DNA of 64,000 bases from the NCBI RefSeq assembly GCF_009914755.1, contig NC_060939.1. One strand, given 5' to 3'. Position numbers and translations under genes: made by a program. Below the pieces are notes generated by a model. That model made no database searches and was not told the DNA's origin. It saw only the letters and a program-made list of their open reading frames with translations. Positions within the stretch are counted from its first letter, which is position 1; each line of letters begins with the position of its first letter. This DNA is from the human T2T-CHM13v2.0 reference genome, Homo sapiens. This document shows positions 42,236 through 55,331 of the stretch, piece after piece.

Positions 42236-42671
42236 CTAATCCTATTTTTGGAGGCATTTATGAAGAAGGTATTAGGCTAAAACTCTCACTGACGTATTAC
42301 TCCAACAATTTCAGTGCCCTTTAGAGCCAAGTAGAAGAGAAGGCATTGTCTGTCACCTGGCATTTGAATCATAAGCCTGTATGAACCATTATCATAAAGC
42401 CTGTACGAACCAGCAGCTTTCTGTCACCATCCATTAAAGATTACATGAAGAATGAAAATTTTGCAATCAACACTCTTTCGCTGACAGAGCACACTCCTTC
42501 TAGTGCTGTTGATTATGAAGATAAAGTTCAAGTTGCTTTTACCACCAGTGGACCAAGAAGTCGTTGTACCTTAGAGGTTTAGCACAGACAACAACAGTGA
42601 CAACAGTTCCATATCCCTTCTCTCACCTCCAAATCTCAATCACCTTCAATCTGTAGGTCTCCAATCTGTAA

Positions 42672-43058
<387 letters not shown>

Positions 43059-43321
43059 TAATGTATTACTTTGTTGCTCATTTACCTTAGAGTATATGCT
43101 TGATGAAGTGTAGAAAGAAAATCGTTTCTAGAGTTACTGTACACACAAGCATACCCATCAATGAGTTAATTATTTTTAAATGAGGTAATGTTTTAAACAC
43201 TTTGTGTCATGCAGACATCTGTAGTGGTTTGTCATGAACCAACCTGTTTGAGTTTTAGGGATTTGGAGGGACGTCAGTTGGGACCTTAGGATGAGCTAGA
43301 AACATATTCATTATTTTTCTC

Positions 43322-43782
43322 ACAAGTGAGATAAGTCAGGCACAGAAAGAGAAATACTGTATGATCTCACTCACTTTTTTGTGCAAACTAAAGAAGTCAA
43401 ACTCACACAAGTGTAGAGTAGAATAGAAGTTACCAGAGGCTGCGGGGTAGGAGTGATTGGGGTGATGTTGGTCAAAGGATACAAAATTTCAGCTAGACAG
43501 GAGGAATAAGCTTAGGAAATTTATTGTACAACACAGGGACTATAGTTAGTAATAATATATTATTTTCTTGAAAATTACTAAGAAAGTTGATATAAGTGTT
43601 CTCATCGAAAATAAATGATAAGTATGTGAGGTAATGCATATGTTAATTAGCTTGATTTAGCCATTTCACAATGTATATGTATTTCAAAACATCATGTTGT
43701 ACACCATTAATAATATATACAATTCTATGTCAGTTTTAAAAATAAATAATAAATTAATAATACATACATTAAATTAAATAAA
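43322..43782 (+). mobile_element. L1MA 3' end
   Basis: gtgagataagtcaggcacagaaag...gttaattagcttgatttagccatttcacaatgtatatg, then an A-rich tail. Confidence 0.85.
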
Positions 43783-43886
43783 GGAACACAGGCTCCTGCT
43801 CTGTGGATATTCACCGTCTTACCTGGTTTCGGGAACAAATTTGTTTTGGATTATGAAGGATACTTGCATTTCTTTTCCTCTTTTTA

Positions 43887-44196
<310 letters not shown>

Positions 44197-44558
44197 TTTT
44201 TTCCTCTTTTTATAGTTGAAGAAACGGAAGCATAGAGCATTTCAGTAACTTGCCCAAGAGCAAATGGAAAGGCCAGGAATTAAACTACACTCAGTCACCT
44301 CTATAGCCTAGGCTATTACCTGTGCACCACACTTGCTCTTAGGAAACACTTGTCAGGGTGGAAAAAACCGGAGATATAGTCCAACCCTTCAGTACTCAGC
44401 AGGCTAGAAAGAATAGAGATGCATTCATTTTAAATGTTTCAATAATTGGAAAAAACAACCCAAGTGACAAGCAAATACATTAGATGGCATTATTTGCTTT
44501 ACAACAGGCTTCTTTGCATAGAGCTCAGGAAATTTTTTTCCTAAGTAGCATATTGATT

Positions 44559-44651
44559 GTTAAATAACACTATAACTTATCCATAGTAACTTAAATAACA
44601 CTATAACTTACCCATAATAAGTTAAATAACACTATAACTTATCCATAATAA
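44559..44651. repeat. 3 x 31-bp tandem repeat
   Basis: Unit Sttaaataacactataactta(t/c)ccata(g/a)taa at 44559, 44590 and 44621. Confidence 0.95.
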
Positions 44652-44656
44652 CCTTA

Positions 44657-45117
<461 letters not shown>

Positions 45118-45593
45118 AAAAGTTAATACATATCAGGGAGTTATTAAAAAGTTCAAACTTCAGAGTATGTCTTGGAGTCAACAAAGATGGACTCTAACTT
45201 TACCTTACAAATCTAAAGTACTGTTACAGTAAATCAAAATGAAGACCGGGCTTGAAGATGCCCTGAGCAGGCAAAGCCAGTTAGACTTCATTAATGACCT
45301 TAACCTTGCTTGATTTGCAAACATAAACAAAACTTAACATGAGCTATTTCTGTAAATGCCCATATTAGAAAACCAGAACTGAAGCTCAAACAATCAGAAG
45401 CAGCCAACAAATTTATAATTATATAACTGGGGACTTCTCAGCAGGATAGACCAAATGAGGCAAGTTTTAACTGTAACCAATCAAATATTGCATTTCTGTT
45501 CTTTCCCCATTCACTCTACAAAAGCCTGTCTCTTCCTTTCCTCAGCATAGGCACTGAACCACTTTTAGTTTGGAGCTGCCTGATTCGTGAATC

Positions 45594-46344
45594 TGAAACT
45601 GACCCAAGTCTCATCAACAGTTTTTAGATAAACATAGAAATTGATCTGGCCAGGCGTGGTGGCTCACACCTGTAATCCCAGCACTTTGGGAGGCCAAGGA
45701 AGGTGGATCATGAGATCAGGAGATCAAGACCATCCTGGCTAACATGGTGAAACCCTGTCTCTACCAAAAATACAAAAAGTTAGCTGGGCATGGTGGCGGG
45801 TGCCTGTAGTCCCAGCTACTTGGGAGGCTGAGGCAGGAAAATGGCATGAACCCAGGAGGCGGAGCTTGCAGTGAGTCAAGGTCGTGGCCATTGCACTCCA
45901 GCCTGGGCAACAGAGCAAGACTCCGTCTCAAAAAAAAAAAAAAAAAAAAAGAAATTGATCCATCTGATCTTAAAGCTTCAAACTTACATTTGTTTTATCT
46001 GAGTTGCTTCCACAGGAAAGGAAGCCCAGACCTCTCAAAGAGTATCAGAGAACTGAAACTCACCAGATCATCACATGCAATGAGATGTCAGGCCCCTCAT
46101 TCTTCATGATTGCTTCCTTGCCCCTCCGTAGTTCCTGTTTTCTTACATACTGTTACATTTCTTCCCTGCTATAAAACCCCTAGTTTTAATCAGTCAGGGA
46201 GGTGGAGTTGAGACTGATCTCCCATCTCCTGGACAGCAGCACCTGAGTAAAGCCTTCTTCCTTGGCAATATTCATTGTCTCAGTGATTGGCTTTCTGTGT
46301 GGCAAGCAGCAGGACCCAGATGAACCCCTGGTGTTTCGGTAACA
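45594..46344 (+). mobile_element. LTR47-like solo LTR nested in the LTR54-like element
   Basis: tgaaactgaccc...gtttcggtaaca with a perfect TSD aatc. Confidence 0.8.
45648..45949 (+). mobile_element. AluY nested in the LTR47-like element
   Basis: TSD agaaattgatc and Y diagnostics. Confidence 0.93.
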
Positions 46345-46556
46345 AATCATTGTTTGCTCAAATAAACTCTTCAAATTTTATTGTGCCTCAGTTTATCTTT
46401 TAACAGTACTCAGCATTTATAACTAAAAGACAACAGCATACATCAAGAAAAAAATTAAAACACATCTTATGTGTCTTACTTAGTATATCATTGGAAAACA
46501 ATCATGATATTTTACATTTTCTACCTGACACTAAAATGTCACTGATGTCTCTTCTC

Positions 46557-46810
46557 CAGGCCTGATTTATGAGGCACAGCAGGCACCAAGCCCAGGGCCC
46601 ACGGTTCTTCTAACGGCCTTTGAAAATATTTTAATTTATTTTAAAAACAAGAAGACAATAAAACCACAAACTTTTAGGTAGGGGAAAACATTTTAATATG
46701 TACTATGAATAATCTCATCTTTATACCAATATGTCTTAAAATACATTTTTTATGGAAAAGAGGAGGAGGGAGGTCCAAAAGTGCCAAAAGCCCATGGAAG
46801 TCACAATACA
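46557..46810. mobile_element. hAT-Tip100-type MITE (MER91/MER96-like)
   Basis: GC-rich ends (caggcctgatt...agggcccac; aaaagtgcc...gcccatggaagtcacaat) around an AT-rich core. Confidence 0.5.
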
Positions 46811-46850
46811 TTTCTTCTTTTCTCCCCACATGAGTTTCTCCATGTTCCAG

Positions 46851-46994
46851 GAATTTTATTATCAGTCTCAGCCTTGCTGTTCTGGGCAGGAAGAAATGAA
46901 AGAAGAAGAAAGGAAGCCACGTCTCCTGAACACTGCCCGTGTGCCCAGCACAGTGACTGCTGTTGTGTAGTCAGCATCTCTTCGGGGAGGACAG
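46851..46994 (+). other. Candidate 144-nt internal exon (lncRNA or cryptic)
   Basis: Pyrimidine tract with ttccAG| acceptor, CAG|GTGAGT donor, and GAA-rich ESE-like content. Confidence 0.4.
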
Positions 46995-49457
46995 GTGAGT
47001 CTCCGAGAAGACATATCCAATCAGCCGAGCAGCAATTCAATCATTGATCTTTAAAAAACTAGCCCCCAAAACATAATGTCAAGCAGTGGAAATGGCTATA
47101 TTGATCAGGATATACCCAAATGCCAAGGGTAGTGCTCAGGGTCCCCCAGTATGACTGGCCTCTGCACAGTCAAACGCTTGGATACAGGGCAGGCAGTGTG
47201 CACAGAAGAAACCAAGAGCCTTGGCGATGATTTGGGTTGCATACTCTGTCCCCTCTTTTCATGCACAGTTTTACTTTCTACTTAAAGTAAAACATCCCAA
47301 GAAGCTCCCTCACTGCTTTTTCTGCCGCCTGTTATCCGCCATGGCTTGAGACTCCACTTTTGCAATGTCACAGTCTACCAACTAAACACCACACCTGGGG
47401 TCCCCACGTGCATGTCAGCTCCGCAAGAAGCTTCATCCTGACATTGACCCTCCCACCCATCGGTGCATCTGCCGAGTGTGTCACCAGCAAGATCGATCCC
47501 AAGCTGCTCAGCACCGTTAGAAACCAAGACTAATAAATCATTTGCCCGCTCTCAGCCCACAGATGGTAAGTGTGGTTCGATGCAGGTAATTATTTAAAAA
47601 AATGACTTTGGGAGCAAAAAATCAAAACATGGGAGTATGTGTCTAATAGAAAAGGCCTGCAAAGAGATTTGGGAGTTCTAATGACTCCAAGGAGCAGGTG
47701 AAGGGTCCCAGTGCCTGACAGTAGCTGGGCAGTCTGGTTGACAGAATTGATTCCTTCTGCCCCCAACACCGCCGGGCCTGGTGTCTGCTCGCCTCCAGGT
47801 CCCCCGTGCCAGGCGTGGGGAGGTGGGGGCCAGAGTATTCCCTCCTGCCTTAATGTGTTTGCAGAAAAAAGCCCCCACCAACCCATCAATTACCAAGACT
47901 GTCAGTCCCGAAGAAGGTGTTGTGACAGTGATGGGGTCAGGTAAAGCCTTAGGGGCTACAACGAGACACATTAAACCAGTCTTTTATGTCACCACCTCCT
48001 GTCCCCCGTTAACACCCCCCTCAAAGTACACGTTTTTCTTTTCCCTTTAACTTTCACAAGGATGTTTCTGGTTTCTGCAAAAAGTAGCATGGATGGCATG
48101 TCTTTATTATTACAGCTGTCATTCATTAGAGTGACCTGTGCTCCCCTAAGCTCTGAGCTCCCTCTCTGTCCCCAAGCATGAACGGGCTGGCTGATGCTTC
48201 TGTCCTTCCACCATTTCAAAAAGAGAACATCTCTTAAGAGACTGCAAGTGTCCTCGTGCAGGTGAGAGATAAAAGACAAACCCTCCTCTCAAATTCCCTC
48301 AAAACATTCATCTGCTGCAGAAGGAGAGTTTCTGGATGTCATTCGGAACTGAAAATTTCACATCAGTTACCAAAACAAAAAAAGTTCTCATAACTTTGCT
48401 GGTGGAAAATGGCCTATGTCCATGCGGAATTCAGCCGTGGTTCCTTGGGCCCCTGCAATCGAACGCCACCTGCAAACACTGTTAACCCAGGTGATTCCAC
48501 ATTCTTCAGAAATGTATAAATATCACTTGATGCCCCAAACAGCCCATGAGTAGGTTAATTCAGTCCATGAGTGAATTAAAGGTGTAAAAATAATTCAATC
48601 CATTGTCTGACAGAACTGATCCATTACCGTTCACTGATTCAACAACTGTTCGCTGAGTATCCATTCTGTGTTAGGGAATGTGTGAGCCATTCAGGACACA
48701 GAAAAAAATGTTCCAGTTCCAACTAACTTCAAGGAAATCACAACCAAAAGTTTCACACCTATGTAGACAGCTTAGGTGATTTCTTTAACACAGCGAGAAG
48801 AAGTGGAATTCATGTAAACAGATGAAAGGTAGCCCAGAAAAAAAAAATAGCACTAGGAAAAGGTATGTTCTCACCCCAGGTAAAAGAAAAAAATTCTATA
48901 AGTTCGTGCTGCAGAATTTACCTTGAGCTGTGAAAGATATCAAGTGGTGTACTTTAGAAATCTGCTGAAGCCTACAAATTATATTAAAAGGCATGGAAGC
49001 AAAGCTAAGTGCTTTAGCTTCAGAAGAAATGCAGTCAGTGCCCTGGAACCAATTCCCAGGAGAATGCCGTGGTTTTCACAACCCAGCGAGCTAGTCAACA
49101 AGTCCAGGCAGGGACTGAATTCGCCTCCCATTCTAGACACTGATGAAATAGCACTTCCTGCTACTCTTAAATATGTTAATCCCCATTTCAAATATCTACG
49201 GGGCAAGTCTAGAGAGGGAGATGACAACTATTCTTAGAATGTACTTATTTTTCTTTAAATACAGAAAATATTCAAATCCAGCATATATAGACTTACGATC
49301 ACCACAAACTGATCAGCAGTTAGTTGATTCGCCAAGCTACCTTTATGTGGCTTTTTGAGTCAGCCTCATACGTAGTTTGAAGAATTTGCTGTGTTTATAA
49401 GGTCTAAAACAATTATTTTATAAGTTCCAGTAACAATTCCTCAAAATGCTGAAAACG

Positions 49458-49460
<3 letters not shown>

Positions 49461-49492
<32 letters not shown>
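49461..49492. repeat. (CA)16 microsatellite
   Basis: Seen directly. Confidence 0.97.
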
Positions 49493-49493
<1 letters not shown>

Positions 49494-50999
49494 GCTCCAG
49501 CTCCCTAAAGTCTTTTTGCTTCGCTTCCTGGGGCCCACATAGGCAAGAGGGCCAGAAGCTTCAGCTTAATTAGCACCTTTTTATACCAAAGCCTCTCAAG
49601 GTGAAGTGCAAAATATGCAGTAATCATTTAACAGCTCAGTCAGCTGTGCCAAGCTAATAGATGATGAGGAACAAAAGGAGACAGACAGAAAGACTCCTTC
49701 ACTGCAGATGTGCCAAAGGAAAGTTATTTGGTGGCATGCGACCAAATAACCTTGAGTGTTCGTCACCTGTGTATTACGCAAATGACCCCACAAAAAGAAA
49801 AAAAAGTTATTAAAAAGCAACAACAAAAACAAAACAGTATCAGGTATAAACCAAAGAAAACATTCTCATGAAATGGCTCTCTGGGAATTTTCTAACATTT
49901 CTTCTTGGCCACCTTCTGAACCCACCCGGGAGAGAGCAGGCCATGAGAACTCACTTGAGATTCAGCAAAAAATAATTAAGAGGTTGTATAATTGACCATA
50001 TTGCATGTCTCACCTCTGGGGTTGGGGGTCCCCTGGTTCAAGACCCCAAGTGGGATACAAGGTCACACCCAGTGAGGGCCGTTCTCTCACCTCCCTGACC
50101 ATCCAGGTGGAAATTAAAGATCCCAGGATACTTTTCAAAATAGCGCAGGGGATCACCCAGCTGTCTGGACTAGCAGTCCCCAGTCTCAATAAAATCCAAC
50201 TTAATGTTCCCGGCTGGGAATGAGCCCTTCTCGAACATAGAGGAAAGTCTGTGCTCATGGACACAATTATGAAACTGTCCTTTGAGCACTGTAATTACTT
50301 TATAATTCACAGAGGACTTGAGATACTTGGAGAGTGAAGGATGCTATGAAAAAGTCAATTCGATTGTAATTTATAATTGAATTTATCCACAGAGAAACAA
50401 GTGGTCACAGTAAACGAAAGTATCTTCTAGGGAGCAAATTTACAGGTGTAGCTTTTACAACTACCAGTGGCTTAGCTCCAAGAAAATTCAAATTCCAAAG
50501 TGATAACTTTCCACAAAAACGTAACTTCAGAGTTGAGTATTTGTATTAATAAAATTCTCACCAAGTAGCATTTTTGTAGCTCAATCCCCCACTAGTTTAA
50601 TATATACTCAAGTTAGGGGAAATAGGCCTAATGTGTAAAGAAGGTGGCCCTAAACAGAGTTTCCATCATCTCCTCCTAGATAATCTTTAAATAACAATGG
50701 TTGGATGTTGTGTGTTTTGTATACGAATCAAGAAAGGTAAAACCTACAAACTATATTCATCTTACATTAATTGATTACAAAGAAAATACTGAGAGGTAAA
50801 CATTAAGAATGTCTTAAAGGGAAACAAATTAATGTCAACATTTTATGCAGCGAAGCTCATATGAACAGTCATAAATGACATTGCTAAATTTAAACATTGC
50901 ATCCATAATCCACCTTTCAGCCCGTGAGCTGAAAAATATTTCTGTAATATATGGGCAAGCAGAGTTCCAAGAGAAAAGTGTAACCAAAGGATAGGGCAA

Positions 51000-51565
51000 T
51001 GTGTTATTTTAAAGTATATAAAAAATTATCACTATATAAAAAATTATCCCAAAACTTACCAACTTGAAACAACAAACATTTACTATATCATCGTTTCTCT
51101 GAGTCAAGACTTCAGCAGTGGCCTAGCTGGGACCACAATCAAGTGTTAGCAGAGCATGGTGTCCCATCTCAAGGTTTGACTGAATGTGGATCCACTTCCA
51201 AGCTCACACACAGAGTTGTTTGCAGGGTTCAGTTCCACACAGGCTGTTGGACTGAGGGCTTCACTTCCTCCTGGACTGTTGGCCAGAGGCCTTCCTCACT
51301 TCCCTCCACATGGGCCTCTCCATAGAGCCGCTCACAACATAGCAGTTGTCTTCCTCAATGCAAGAAGCAAAAGAAGACAGTGAGTAACAGGGAAGGAAGG
51401 CAGAGCCTTTCTGTACCCTAATCCCAGAAGTGATATCCATCACATTTTTAGTATTCTATTTGCCAGAAATGAGTCATTTGGTTCAGCATAGGAGGTGGTC
51501 ATACCTTATGTATGACCAGGAGGTGGGGGTCAGTGGGGACCATCTCAGGGGCTGCCTGCCCCAGG
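51000..51565 (-). mobile_element. MLT1F-like solo LTR
   Basis: cccaaaactta...aaacaacaaacattta...ggatccacttccaagctcac...ggctgttggactgagggc. Confidence 0.75.
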
Positions 51566-51575
51566 TAGGTGCCTG

Positions 51576-52643
51576 TGTAGTAAAGAATTAACTCTACCCA
51601 AAGAGCAGCAATCTAGCCTTTGAATCTCCAAACCCTTGGAATTTCCTGAGTGATAGCAGTGCCTTTGTTATTCATGGTGGACCCCACTTATGCTGATGAG
51701 GTGACTCATGGTGGGCCCCTGGAGAGTTTGTGCTCATAGATGACTCAGGGTGAAAGCTGGCCACCTTGAAAGCCCAGTGAGATTAGAAGGTTGGGGCACT
51801 GAATCAGGTAATATCAGCTGGTCAAGGATTCCATCAATCATGCCTACATAATGAAACCCCAATAAAAACTCTGGACACTGATATTTGGTAACTGCTATGA
51901 TCTGAATGTCCCCCCAAAATTTATGTGTTGAAATGTAATCACCAATGTGATAGTATTAAGAGGTGGGGCCTTTCGGAGTTGATTCAGGCATAAGGGCAGA
52001 GCCCTCATGGATGGAATTAGGATCCTTATAAAAGGGCTTGAAGGAGTGAGTTTGCTCTCTTCTGGTCTTATGCCTTCTGAGGTCACTGAGACAGCATCAC
52101 CTATGAGGAGTGGGCCCTCATCAGACACTGGCATCTTGAGCTTGGACTTCCCAGTCTCCAGAATTGTGGGAAATAAATATGTGTTCTTTATGTATAGTAA
52201 ATAGTCTATAATATTTTATTGGAGCAGCACAAAGGGACTAAGACAGTGACCTCCATAGGCTGGCAATGCTGCATATTATCACACTTCAACAACGGGAGGG
52301 TAACACATCCCTGAGGACACCGAAGCTTTACCTTTGAGACACTCTGAGTCTCAAATTCCGTCCCATGTGTCTCTTCCTGTGGCTGGCTCTAATTTGTGTC
52401 CTTTTGCTATAATAAAACTGTAATTGTAAGTATGGTGCTTTCCTGCACTCTGTGAGTCATTCTGGCAGTTTATCAAACCTGAGGGAGTCCATGGGAACCC
52501 CTAAATTTGTTGTTACCTTGTCTCATGTGAGGATGGCCCTGGGAACTCCCAAACTTGTAAGTGGTGTCAGAAGTCTTGGGCAGACTTGACAGTCTTGGAA
52601 GACTGTGCCCTTAACCTTGAGTTTGGCTGACTCCAAGTTAACA
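51576..52643 (+). mobile_element. MER77/MER21C-family LTR, host of a nested MaLR
   Basis: tgtagtaaagaattaac...ccaagttaaca with flanking cctg/cctg. Internal caatcatgcctacataatgaaacccc. Confidence 0.75.
51893..52245 (+). mobile_element. MaLR solo LTR (MSTD/MLT1A-like), nested
   Basis: tgctatgatctgaatgtcccccc...ggactaagaca. TSD gtaac/gtgac. Confidence 0.85.
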
Positions 52644-53074
52644 CCTGAGAGACTTTTGCTGTTCCATTTATTCCAAAAGGAATTAACTATTTGGTTTGTT
52701 CATTTGTTTAGGTTTTAGTCTTGCTTCTCTTTTTGAAGACAATTTCCTCAAGAGATATCCTAGATAAGCAAGTGGGGAAACTAGTACCACTTTTTAGAGG
52801 ACACCAGCCTCATCAAGTGATCATCCCCAGCCTAACAGAACTCCTTCTAGGGCTATGGTAACCACCGGGTTAGTGCAGGAGAGCTGGAAAGTGAACAGGA
52901 CAATGGCGTACCCTTTATGAAAACCACCAAACACAATAGCAGCTAAATTATTGAAATGTTTGTCAATTTATTGCCACAGTAAATATTTTGAGATTTCTAG
53001 CTTGATGTATTCTACTGAGCATATTTTAGACAATATGAATTTTAGATCATTCCTTCATTATACTCCCTCTTTTT

Positions 53075-53240
53075 AATAAATGTTTACTGAGAGCATTCTA
53101 TCTGCCAGGCACTGACATAAGTGCTTCCCAGCATGACCTTATTTAATCCACAAAAATTATTCCTGAGGCAGTTGTCTGTTACTTCAGTAACCTTATATTA
53201 CAGATGAAGAAAATGAGGAGCAAAGAGATTAAGTCCATAA
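53075..53240 (-). mobile_element. MIR
   Basis: tttactgagagcattctatctgccaggcactg...ttacagatgaagaaaatgag. Confidence 0.75.
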
Positions 53241-53451
53241 GAAAAATAAAATTCTAAATTCACATTGAAAAGCAAGTGAGCAGATATTCTACCAGTTCTT
53301 CTTAGGGTCACCTTTACTTGGAATATAAAATTGACAGGCACTAGACTCTGTTTTTTCATTGCCATAGATTAATCTCTGTAAATTTAATTGATTTTAAAGA
53401 CAACTGAAATTATGCATGAAAGAAAGGAAAACTATTAATATCTTCTTAGAA

Positions 53452-53740
53452 AAGGGATTGCAAGCTCAACAGATTCAGGGGCCAGGCAGATAATGTGAGC
53501 GAATAAGGGAAGCAGCTGGGTGGGGCCTCAGTGAGCCCAGGAATGCCAGCCCCTCTACAGAATGCAAGAAACACAGGGACCCCATTGCTGCCTGTAGGAC
53601 CAGTGGCTTTTCAAGAAAAACCCAGGAATCTGAAGTTTAAAACAAAACAAACAAAAAAAAACTTCCTTCTTGTTGGCAACAAGCTCTTTTTTTAAATTCT
53701 AAGCTAAACAAAACACACCAGTGGTTCAGAAGTTTGACCT
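53452..53740. mobile_element. MER102-like hAT element
   Basis: agggattgcaagctcaa...caggggccaggcagataatg...ggcttttcaagaaaa. Confidence 0.6.
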
Positions 53741-53936
53741 AGGAAAAATAACTAAGAGAACAAATGTTATTTTGGCTCATTTGATCACTGTCAAGAACCA
53801 AACCAGGTTATCCTGGCTCCTGGTTGGGGTCAAAATGGCTTGACTGTATGGTGTGGACCACTTCACAAATAAGCTCTTCGCGTTCTAAACTTTGCAGACA
53901 CGGAGCTGACCAGCTGGAGACAGCTAAGAAAGGAAC

Positions 53937-53948
53937 CATGACGTCATG
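53937..53948. promoter_or_regulatory. Full palindromic CRE (CATGACGTCATG)
   Basis: TGACGTCA with palindromic flanks and the CpG retained. Confidence 0.4.
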
Positions 53949-54089
53949 AGCTCTTGAGGTTGGGAGAAATCATAAAAAGACCTGATCCACTGAAGACATT
54001 CCTTCCACACACATCTCTAACAAATAATTATCCAGATTATCCCAGAATCTTCTAAGGGATTAATCTAAGGGATTCTTGAATCTATGGGG

Positions 54090-54410
54090 ATTAATTTGAA
54101 GATATCTCATCTCCCTTCTAATGAGCTCCAGTCGTTATGAAATTCTTCCTAATACTGGCTTGAAGTGCGCCCTGCACTCAAGCATCCTAGTTCTCTTCCC
54201 TGGGTCCAGCTGACTGTACCAGCCTCTTTGCACATGACAGCCTTTCCCATATTCATAAACACCCTCTACACCAAGATTTATCTTACCTTACAGCCCTTCC
54301 AGGTAGAAACTCCTCAGTACTCTAGTCACCCTCTTCTGGGCTAGCTTCATAGTGTAAGTCTTCCCCTTAAAACATTGCACCTAGAACTAAACATGCAGGA
54401 AATGAGCTCA
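54090..54410 (-). mobile_element. L3/CR1 fragment
   Basis: aaattcttcctaata...cacatgacagcctttcccatatt...gtcaccctcttctgg...cacctagaactaaac. Confidence 0.6.
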
Positions 54411-54643
54411 AACTGCTTCTCAAAATTAAAAAAAAAAAAAAAAAAAAAAAAATCCCACCAAACACGGCCACGCTACAGTTTGCCAATGGGAAGGGCCAAC
54501 TTAGATATAAATTTGAAGAATTAGAATGAAATAGTCAAATGTCTACTTTAAAATTCGAATTTGGTAATTTAGGAATTAAATTACATATTTATTCTGAATC
54601 ACACATTCTAATAGAATAGATCAATTTAGAAGCACAGTTTTCT

Positions 54644-54780
54644 GGCTGGATGTGGTGGCTCATGCCTGTTAATCCCAGCACTTTGGGAGGTGAAGGCAGG
54701 AGGATCACCTGAGTTCAGGAGTTGAGGACCAGCCTGGGCACTATAGTGAGACCCCATCTCAACGACCACCACAAAATAAA
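54644..54780 (+). mobile_element. FLAM_C (free left Alu monomer)
   Basis: Single monomer ending gcctgggcactatagtgagaccccatctc, then an A-rich tail. Confidence 0.85.
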
Positions 54781-54961
54781 AACATGGCTTTTCTTTTCTA
54801 CACACATGTTATCAAAAACATTATTCACTCTTCATTTGCATCATTACATCATCCCTGCCGTCACTGGAGCCACCTTCAGAGTCACATAAATAAAACAGAT
54901 TTCCAGAACATATCATCTTTAGCTCTAAATTGCTCAAAGTGTAGTATTTTTAAAAAGTTTC

Positions 54962-55331
<370 letters not shown>

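Larger units (their letters stand above)
45222..46405 (+). mobile_element. ERV1 solo LTR (LTR54-like), host of nested insertions
   Basis: TG...CA ends (tgttacag...ttttaaca) and a perfect 4-bp TSD gtac. Sequence resumes after 46344. Confidence 0.8.

Noticed and set aside
44559-44651. 31-bp repeats as a CRISPR-like array
   Set aside because: Head-to-tail with no spacers in eukaryotic DNA; an ordinary minisatellite.
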